Shown here one piece after another: positions 57,285 through 64,000 of a stretch of 64,000 bases of DNA. Within the stretch, counting starts at the first letter, position 1; every line of letters begins with the position of its first letter. This DNA is from an uncultured Clostridia bacterium. Its GTDB lineage: Bacteria > CAYTYR01 > UBA6262. The stretch is from positions 1 through 64,000 of the forward strand of contig CAYTYR010000002.1 in NCBI GenBank assembly GCA_964441745.1, written 5' to 3'. The notes below the pieces were generated by a model. The model searched no databases. It was not told the DNA's origin and was given only the letters and a program-made list of their open reading frames with translations. The position numbers and the translations under genes are program-made.

Positions 57285-57842
57285 ATGGGAAATCTGAAAG
57301 GACAGATGGTTATCTCCACCATCAAATATCTCAAAACTGTTTTTGGTGATGAAAACTATTCAGCAGTCTTGAGTAAAATGAGCGCGGTTTCCAGGAACGT
57401 CATTGCTGGCAATATTATGTATGGCCAAATGGTTCCCATGAAGCCATATATTGATCTTATTCGGACGGCTGACGAGTGCCTGGGTAAAGGAAATTACCTG
57501 TTATGCCGCAAAATAGGGCAGTTTGTGGCAGAAGAAGGCATTCCCAAATTATACCGTGTTTTTGTTACTACTGCTGACCCGCTGTTTGCGATCAACCGTT
57601 TACCGAATTTCTGGACTCACATGTATGATTCAGGGATTTTGACCATCCAGCACGAGACTAAAAACATTGTGACTGTAAATATCATCGATTTTGCCGATAT
57701 GCATAAGGCCTACTGCTGGCAGTTGCTGGGGTATTTTGAAAAAATGCTGAAACTGGCTGGCGGTAATAACGTGAAAATAATTGAAACTGCCTGCCGGGCC
57801 AATGGCGGGGCCCAATGTACCTATTCCATTGCCTGGGAATAG
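57285..57842 (+). CDS. V4R/H-NOX-like (DUF2378-like) small-ligand-binding protein
   Basis: KG.., FG, C-terminal ETACRANGGAQCTYSIAW V4R-type motif. Confidence 0.65.
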   Translation: MGNLKGQMVISTIKYLKTVFGDENYSAVLSKMSAVSRNVIAGNIMYGQMVPMKPYIDLIRTADECLGKGNYLLCRKIGQFVAEEGIPKLYRVFVTTADPLFAINRLPNFWTHMYDSGILTIQHETKNIVTVNIIDFADMHKAYCWQLLGYFEKMLKLAGGNNVKIIETACRANGGAQCTYSIAWE

Positions 57843-57850
57843 ATTATTTA

Positions 57851-57892
57851 AGTAATCTGTGTAATCTTCTTTTTGAATCGGTGTAATCAGTT
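57851..57892 (+). repeat. AATCTGTGTAATC repeat (family C)
   Basis: TAATCTGTGTAATC..AATCGGTGTAATC. Confidence 0.6.
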
Positions 57893-57918
57893 AGCGGAAC
57901 AGAGTGGAGCTTAACTTA

Positions 57919-58545
57919 ATGGATCTGGTGTTGGCGACCAAGAACAGGGATAAGATTAGAGAGATCAAGCACTTGTTGCGTGGTCTGAAAACGAAAGTAT
58001 TAAGTATTGAAGATTATCCTGATTTGCCGGAAGTGCACGAAGACGGCGAAACATTACGGGATAATGCTATTAAGAAAGCTGTGACCATAGCTGCTTATAC
58101 CGGAAAATGGGCTCTCGCTGATGATACGGGATTGGAAGTAAAGGTTCTGAATGGGGCGCCAGGAGTGTATTCGGCGCGTTTTGCCGGTCCCGGCTGTAAA
58201 TATATTGATAATAATAAAAAACTGCTGAAACTGTTAGGGGACTTACCAATAAATAAGCGCAAAGCGCAATTTAAATGCGTTATGGCTCTGGCTGATCCCC
58301 AAGGAAAAGTGCATACTGTGTCTGGCGTGATCAATGGCTATATTGGTACTAGGATGCAAGGGACGCAGGGATTTGGTTATGACCCGGTTTTTGTCGTGCC
58401 AGAATATGGCAAGACCTTTGCCCAACTGGGGCTGAAAACCAAGAACCAGATCAGCCACCGCGGTAAAGCATTGGAAAAGATCAAGAAAGTTATTCAGCGT
58501 ACACTGGACAGCGTACAGCGTACAGGAAACCGGCATAAAGCGTGA
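57919..58545 (+). CDS. rdgB: XTP/dITP diphosphatase
   Basis: ATKN..K..E, ADDTGL, APGVYSAR, GFGYDP, ISHR. Confidence 0.95.
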   Translation: MDLVLATKNRDKIREIKHLLRGLKTKVLSIEDYPDLPEVHEDGETLRDNAIKKAVTIAAYTGKWALADDTGLEVKVLNGAPGVYSARFAGPGCKYIDNNKKLLKLLGDLPINKRKAQFKCVMALADPQGKVHTVSGVINGYIGTRMQGTQGFGYDPVFVVPEYGKTFAQLGLKTKNQISHRGKALEKIKKVIQRTLDSVQRTGNRHKA

Positions 58546-58609
58546 GGAGCTTGTATATATCCTTATTTGCTTGTGAAAAGGTTACTGAGGTAGTTGCCCA
58601 AAGGGGTGA

Positions 58610-58634
58610 CCCGCCAAAAAGATCGGCGGGCAGG
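58610..58634 (-). mobile_element. 25-bp CCTG-hairpin micro-element
   Basis: CCCGCC-N9-GGCGGG-CAGG; same stem and foot as the valS copies. Confidence 0.7.
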
Positions 58635-58752
58635 CGTGAAAGTTGCCAGAAACGATTGAAAACACGGTAAAGATAACAACCGAGCACAATTAGGGGAAAA
58701 GGAAGTTTTCCCCTATTGGGAGGCGAAGGTAGTTAATTTTTAGCCGACATAT

Positions 58753-58826
58753 CGGGGTGTAGCGCAGTTGGCTAGCGCACCTGCTTTGGGAGCAGGGGGT
58801 CGTCAGTTCGAATCTGACCACCCCGA
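58753..58826 (+). tRNA. tRNA-Pro(TGG)
   Basis: Cloverleaf with anticodon arm CCTGC-TTTGGGA-GCAGG and T-arm GTTCGAATC; CCA not encoded. Confidence 0.95.
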
Positions 58827-58870
58827 TTTTAAACCGTATATTCTTTCATTTTGTTTGGTGAGGAGTAAAT

Positions 58871-61534
58871 ATGAAAGATCATAATGATTTAAGTGAACTA
58901 CAGGAAAAATTTGCTAAAGATTTAGAGCTTAGAGTTAAATTGCTTGATGTTACCTCTGATTCAGTAATAGTACATAGTACTACCGGCGATATTATTTTTG
59001 CCAATAATGCCGCTTGCCGGCAGCGCGGTTATTCCCGGGACGAAATGCTGAAATTTAACATAGTTGATTTAATCGCCCCAGGGTATATTGAATTTGCGAA
59101 GCAACAGATTGAAGCAATGCGGACTAAGGGCTTTGCGGAATTTGAAATTACCTCACGACGCAAGGATGGGTCAGAGTTCTTTTCTGAAGTGCATTCTTCG
59201 ATTGTGGAATTAGACGGCGAAAAATTGGTTATGGGTTTTGCCCGGGATATTACCGAAAGAAAGAAAATGGAAAGTGAATTACGGGAAAGCGAAGAGCGTT
59301 TCCGTAATTTTGCCCTAATGTCCCCGGTAGGGATTTTTTTAGCCGATGCCAATGGACAGTACCAGTATGTGAATAAACGCTGGTGCGAAATAGCCGGACT
59401 TTCTCCCCTGGAAGCATCAGGCGAAGGTTGGCTTAGGGGAGTACATCCTGATGACCGTGAAAGGATCAAAGAAGGATGGAAACAATTTATCCAGACTGAC
59501 GGGAAATGGATCGCCGAGTTCCGTTTTCGCGATTCATCTGCCAAGATCACTTGGGTACATAGTATAGTTAGTCCGCTGCATGATGATCAGGGAAGGGCCA
59601 CAGGATTCCTGGGTACCAATTCGGATATAACTGATTTAAAAAATGCAGAAACAGCGCTGAAGCTTAATGAGGCCAGGTTCCGGGAGCTTTTTGATAATAT
59701 GAGCACCTGCGTGGCTGTATATGAGACGGTTAATCATGGCGACGATTTTATTATTAAAGATGTTAATAAAAGTTTTGAACGCATAGAAAAAGCCAGAAGA
59801 GAAGATATTATCAATAAAAGCGTAACAGATGTATTCCCGGGCGTAAAGAATTTTGGTTTGTTTGATGTATTTAAGAGAGTATGTCAATCGGGCGTCCCTG
59901 AGCATTTCCCTCTTTCTTTCTATGAAGATAGCCGGATATCTGGCTGGAAAGATAATTATGTCTATAAACTGCCGTCCGGCGAGATCGTGGCAGTGTATGA
60001 TGACGTAACCGATCGCAAAAAGGCAGAAGAAGAAAGAAATGAATTAGCTAAGTTCCCGGCGGAAGATCCTTTCCCGGTACTGCGTATTGCCAGAGACGGC
60101 AAGATCTTATATTCTAATAAAGCCAGTTTAGTGGTGCATGAAAAATGGAAAACTAATGTTGGCGGGGAAGTGCCAAAGCAGTGGCTTGAATTAATTGAAA
60201 AAGCTTTTGCCTCTCAACAAGTAGAGATAGCCGAGGAAGAAACTGGTAATAAGATCTTGTCATTTGCCATTATGCCGGTAGCGGAAGCTGGGTATGTAAA
60301 TCTGTACGGCAATGATATTACCGAGCGTAAACGCTCCGAAGCGGCTAAGGCCGTGGCTGCGCAAATATTAGAAATATTAAATCTTACAGAGCCAACAAAA
60401 GAAAATAGCATTAAAGAAATACTCGGTAAGATAAAAGCCTATACCGGGATAGAGGCCGTAGGTATCCGCTTACATGAGGGAGATGATTATCCTTATATTG
60501 AATATAGCGGGTTCCCGGAGCACTTTATCGCTAATGAAAAGTATTTATGTTCCCACGACCAGTCAGGCCAGCTGGTTCGAGATAGCCAGGGTAATCCTTG
60601 CCTGGAATGTATGTGCGGGAACGTAATCTGCGGGAGGACAACTCCGAGCAAGCTGTTCTTTACTAAAGGTGGCAGTTTTTGGTCCAACAGTACCACTGAA
60701 TTATTAGCCGCGACTACCGATGCGGATCGACAAGCCTGCACGCGTAACCGTTGCAACGGGGAAGGCTATGAATCAGTGGCCCTGATCCCCCTGCGGTCCA
60801 ATGAAGGCATAATTGGGTTGTTGCAGCTCAATGATCATCGCCAAGGGATGTTTACCCTGGCGATGATCGAGTTTTTAGAAGGCATAGGCGCCAGTATAGG
60901 TATAGCTTTAAAACGTAAACAAGTCGATGAAAAACTAAAAGATAGTTTTTCAAAACTGCAAAAAACACTGGAAGGCACCGTCAATGCTTTGGCGGTGACC
61001 ACGGAGAACAGGGATCCGTATACAGCCGGTCACCAGAGACGGGTCGCTGACCTGGCTTATCATATCGGCCGGGAAATGGGATTACCCGAAGAACAGGTAC
61101 AAGGCCTGAAGTTGGCCGGCCTGATCCATGATATCGGTAAAATTTCCATACCCCTGGAAATTTTGAATAAACCGGGTAAGTTAAGTACAGTAGAGTTCAC
61201 TCTGATCCAGGGCCATAGCCAAGTCGGTTATGATATTTTGAAAGATATAGACTTTAACTGGCCGATCGCCCAGATTGTCTTACAGCATCATGAAAGAATT
61301 GATGGTTCAGGTTATCCGCGTAAAATTGTTGATGGCGATATTTTGCTGGAGTCCAGAATAATCAGCGTAGCAGATGTCGTAGAAGCCATGGCTTCAGACC
61401 GTCCCTATCGCCCGGCGTTAGGTATTGATGCTGCCTTGGCAGAGGTCAACGAGAAAAAAGGCCAGCTTTACGACAGCCAGATCGTTGATATATGCACAAA
61501 ATTATTCAAGGGAAAAGGCTATAAGTTTGAATAA
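58871..61534 (+). CDS. Multi-PAS/GAF HD-GYP cyclic-dinucleotide phosphodiesterase
   Basis: Several PAS-PAC repeats (DITERK), a GAF domain, HDIGK, HHERIDGSGYP. Confidence 0.92.
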   Translation: MKDHNDLSELQEKFAKDLELRVKLLDVTSDSVIVHSTTGDIIFANNAACRQRGYSRDEMLKFNIVDLIAPGYIEFAKQQIEAMRTKGFAEFEITSRRKDGSEFFSEVHSSIVELDGEKLVMGFARDITERKKMESELRESEERFRNFALMSPVGIFLADANGQYQYVNKRWCEIAGLSPLEASGEGWLRGVHPDDRERIKEGWKQFIQTDGKWIAEFRFRDSSAKITWVHSIVSPLHDDQGRATGFLGTNSDITDLKNAETALKLNEARFRELFDNMSTCVAVYETVNHGDDFIIKDVNKSFERIEKARREDIINKSVTDVFPGVKNFGLFDVFKRVCQSGVPEHFPLSFYEDSRISGWKDNYVYKLPSGEIVAVYDDVTDRKKAEEERNELAKFPAEDPFPVLRIARDGKILYSNKASLVVHEKWKTNVGGEVPKQWLELIEKAFASQQVEIAEEETGNKILSFAIMPVAEAGYVNLYGNDITERKRSEAAKAVAAQILEILNLTEPTKENSIKEILGKIKAYTGIEAVGIRLHEGDDYPYIEYSGFPEHFIANEKYLCSHDQSGQLVRDSQGNPCLECMCGNVICGRTTPSKLFFTKGGSFWSNSTTELLAATTDADRQACTRNRCNGEGYESVALIPLRSNEGIIGLLQLNDHRQGMFTLAMIEFLEGIGASIGIALKRKQVDEKLKDSFSKLQKTLEGTVNALAVTTENRDPYTAGHQRRVADLAYHIGREMGLPEEQVQGLKLAGLIHDIGKISIPLEILNKPGKLSTVEFTLIQGHSQVGYDILKDIDFNWPIAQIVLQHHERIDGSGYPRKIVDGDILLESRIISVADVVEAMASDRPYRPALGIDAALAEVNEKKGQLYDSQIVDICTKLFKGKGYKFE

Positions 61535-61577
61535 GATGGGCGATAGCCACTTGGAGTAGTGTTTGGGGTGTTTACAC

Positions 61578-61629
61578 GCCGAGGTAGCTCAGTTTCAGCC
61601 TGAGGCTGATCCGCCTCTGGCGGAGGTAG
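61578..61629 (+). pseudogene. tRNA 5' remnant interrupted by a 30-bp double hairpin
   Basis: GCCGAGGTAGCTCAGTT[insert]GGTAG, after which tRNA similarity is lost. Confidence 0.65.
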
Positions 61630-61641
61630 TCTTCAAATATT

Positions 61642-61714
61642 GCCCACGTAGCTCAGCTGGTAGAGCAAGCGCTTCGTAAGCGCTAGGTCGTCAGTTCAAT
61701 CCTGACCGTGGGCT
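61642..61714 (+). tRNA. tRNA-Thr(CGT)
   Basis: Cloverleaf with anticodon arm AGCGC-TTCGTAA-GCGCT and T-arm GTTCAATCC. Confidence 0.93.
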
Positions 61715-61742
61715 TTGTTTTTAGCTGAAGGAGCAAGAAAGC

Positions 61743-63830
61743 ATGGCTGTAATGAAAAACTCAACCTTTCCATTTGCCGCAAAAATCATGAATTTTACCA
61801 TGTATTTCTGCATTTTGGCTATTGCCCTGGCTTTTTACCTGGTCACCTACGATTCCTGCCAGATCAAAATTACCATCTTACAAATAGGCGGCGCCATTAT
61901 CCTGGCCACGTGGTTGTTCCGGGCGATGCCGGAGGGCAAGTTTAATAAACAACGGCTATTTTGGGATTTACCAGTATTGCTTTATCTGTCCTGGGGAATT
62001 ATCGTTTTTATCAAAACGCCTTTTAAAAATTCCCTGGCTGTAGTTGATGAGTTTACCCGCTTGATTTATTATACCGGCATCTACCTGGCGGCCAGTGATT
62101 ATTTCAGCCAGGACCGGAAAATGAAGGTGATGGCAAACTTCTTACTCGTGACCGTTACCTGCGCTATCTTCTATGGCTTGATGCAGTTTTTCGGCCTGGA
62201 TCCTTTCGGCTGGAGCCGCGCGTTCAGTACCCGGATTTTTTCTACATTTGGCAATCCTAATTTTTATGCCGCTTTCCTGGTCTTAACCGGTCCCTTGATC
62301 CTCAGTTATTTTTTTACCGCTAATAATAAAACAGCGAAAATAATGTCTGGACTGCTTTTTGCCGCTAATACCGCCAGCCTTTTTATTACCACCAGCAAGG
62401 GTGGTTGGCTGGGGATAGCTGGTTCCATTTCCTTTTTTACTATACTCATGGTGAAGTATGTCGTCCATAGCCGCCGGTTAAAAATGTATCTAATTACCTT
62501 TACCCTGGCGGCTATCCTGATCAGCGCTTTTGGGGTCTATCAGTATTCTCTGCAGAGAAAAGATTCCCTCCGTTTTCGTCTCCTGACCTGGCGCAGTACC
62601 ATCCAGATGATCAAGCTTAATCCTGTTACCGGTAATGGACTGGGTACCTTTAGGCTGATCTATCCGGCGTATCGTGACCGGGAAATATTCCGCATCGAGG
62701 GCAAACATCAGACCGAGACTCAGCACCCGGAAAATGAATATCTGGAAATCGTCAATGACCAGGGGCTTATTGGTATCGGATTATATCTCTGGCTGCTTTT
62801 TACGATCTTTTCCCGGGGGCTGAAACGCATCAAAGGATACCTGGCTCAGACCGCCGTTATTAAGAATAAAGACAAGACTATATACCAGATCAAACCAGAG
62901 GTCTATTACCTGATCGGATATATGGCCGGGCTGGCCGGATTACTGGCGCATAATCTTTTCTGCGTCAATTTAAGATTCGTTTCCAGTGGTTTTTATTTAT
63001 GGTTGTTTTTAGGACTTATTGGCGGGGCCTATCTCCCTGTGCCGGATAAAAATCAGTCTCCCCCGTCTCAGGATAAAAAAGGATTATCCGCTCCGTTTCT
63101 GCTTCCCTTAAAGGTCTTGATCGCTGGTATTACTATCTTCTCGATCATTATCTACAGCCGCTTCCTGCTGGCTGATGTACATCACAATATCGGGATCGCT
63201 TATTCAAAAATGCGTTCCTGGGAGGAAGCGATAAAAGAATTTCAAACCAGTATTGACCTTAATCCATTTTTCGTGATGAGCCGCTATTTTTTGGGAAATG
63301 TCTATAATGACCGCTGGCAAGAGGGCGATGACCAGCGCGCTCTGCAATGCTATGACGAAGTGATGTCCCGGGCGCCGCATTACGTCATGGTAAATTACCA
63401 GCGCGGGATTGTTTATATGAAAATGAAAAATTATCAGGAAAGCTTGCGGGAATTTAATGAAGCCCTGCAGCTGGATCCGGTTTATCCTTTAACTTATTAT
63501 CGGATCGGTATGGTTTATCTTCAATTAAATCAACTAGATAACGCCCTGGAATCTTTTGAGCAAGCCGCCCAGATCAATCCTCAGGCGTCTGATATTTATG
63601 TTAATATCGGCAATATTTATCTGATGAAAGGGCTAGCTTCAGTGGCCGAAAATAATTATCGTCATGCGCTCAAGCTTGATCCGGCAAACTTGAATGCCCA
63701 TCGTAACCTTTCGATCGTGCTGTTACGGCAAAACAGGAGAGCAGAGGCGTTGCAGGAATTGCAGATACTGCGGCAAGCTATGCCTAATGATCCGGAGATC
63801 AATAAAGCGATCAAAAGCCTTGTCCCATGA
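61743..63830 (+). CDS. O-antigen ligase (Wzy_C) family membrane protein with TPR repeats
   Basis: STFGNPNF, T.SKGGW, R..W, G.GLGTF, HPENEYL; C-terminal TPRs. Confidence 0.88.
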   Translation: MAVMKNSTFPFAAKIMNFTMYFCILAIALAFYLVTYDSCQIKITILQIGGAIILATWLFRAMPEGKFNKQRLFWDLPVLLYLSWGIIVFIKTPFKNSLAVVDEFTRLIYYTGIYLAASDYFSQDRKMKVMANFLLVTVTCAIFYGLMQFFGLDPFGWSRAFSTRIFSTFGNPNFYAAFLVLTGPLILSYFFTANNKTAKIMSGLLFAANTASLFITTSKGGWLGIAGSISFFTILMVKYVVHSRRLKMYLITFTLAAILISAFGVYQYSLQRKDSLRFRLLTWRSTIQMIKLNPVTGNGLGTFRLIYPAYRDREIFRIEGKHQTETQHPENEYLEIVNDQGLIGIGLYLWLLFTIFSRGLKRIKGYLAQTAVIKNKDKTIYQIKPEVYYLIGYMAGLAGLLAHNLFCVNLRFVSSGFYLWLFLGLIGGAYLPVPDKNQSPPSQDKKGLSAPFLLPLKVLIAGITIFSIIIYSRFLLADVHHNIGIAYSKMRSWEEAIKEFQTSIDLNPFFVMSRYFLGNVYNDRWQEGDDQRALQCYDEVMSRAPHYVMVNYQRGIVYMKMKNYQESLREFNEALQLDPVYPLTYYRIGMVYLQLNQLDNALESFEQAAQINPQASDIYVNIGNIYLMKGLASVAENNYRHALKLDPANLNAHRNLSIVLLRQNRRAEALQELQILRQAMPNDPEINKAIKSLVP

Positions 63831-64000
63831 AGACCAAAAAGATTGTTGCCATTCTCTTTTTAGCAATTTTGCTTTTCACCCCGCTGATCTTCCTGACCAA
63901 CAAAACTAAAAATCCTTTTTTGGTGCAGAGTGTTTTTTTGAATTTTGGCATAGCTCTGATCCTGCTTATTGTGCTGATTCGTTCCTGCCTTAAGGGTGTG
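63827..64000 (+). CDS. Membrane protein, 3'-truncated by the window edge (possibly another ligase/TPR protein)
   Basis: ATGA overlap; open frame MKTKKIVAILFLAILLFTPLIF... runs to the window end. Confidence 0.6.
   Translation, partial: MKTKKIVAILFLAILLFTPLIFLTNKTKNPFLVQSVFLNFGIALILLIVLIRSCLKGV

Noticed and set aside
721-58588. Isolated Rex half-sites at 721, 3356 and 58571
   Set aside because: No matching second half-site at the required spacing.
58827-61641. Prophage or ICE at the tRNA genes
   Set aside because: No integrase, no phage genes and no duplicated tRNA 3' end.
297-63909. Many antisense and alternate-frame ORFs in the track (e.g. 15129-15737, 4712-5200, 59029-59550)
   Set aside because: They overlap well-supported genes and show no recognisable motifs; they are shadow ORFs.

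Overview
A 64-kb chromosomal window from an anaerobic, apparently diderm bacterium. SurA-like and porin genes support the diderm call; the taxon cannot be determined from sequence alone. Positions 1-19.2 kb form one co-directional hydrogen-metabolism cluster: Rex with its operator, a Cache/HAMP histidine kinase, two stand-alone receivers, two multimeric [FeFe]-hydrogenases, the maturases HydE (two paralogues), HydG and HydF, and AspA. One hydrogenase has a HndB-NuoF-GltD fusion subunit; the other is HndABCD-like. The remainder is mostly housekeeping: apgM, argF, lemA/TPM, thiM-thiE split by a degraded R-M/HNH islet, ArsR-trxA-FTR, rnfCDGEAB, apbE, a PilZ-PilT fusion, valS, rph, rdgB, tRNA-Pro, tRNA-Thr, a 6S-like RNA and an HD-GYP protein. 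The most unusual signal is non-coding. A family of 13-48 bp 'CCTG + GC-rich hairpin' micro-elements is inserted precisely into other structured DNA, in frame inside valS (twice) and apbE, and a related double hairpin lacking the CCTG foot sits in a tRNA D-loop remnant. Several families of short-period palindromic arrays also fill many intergenic gaps. No transposase, integrase or CRISPR array is visible.
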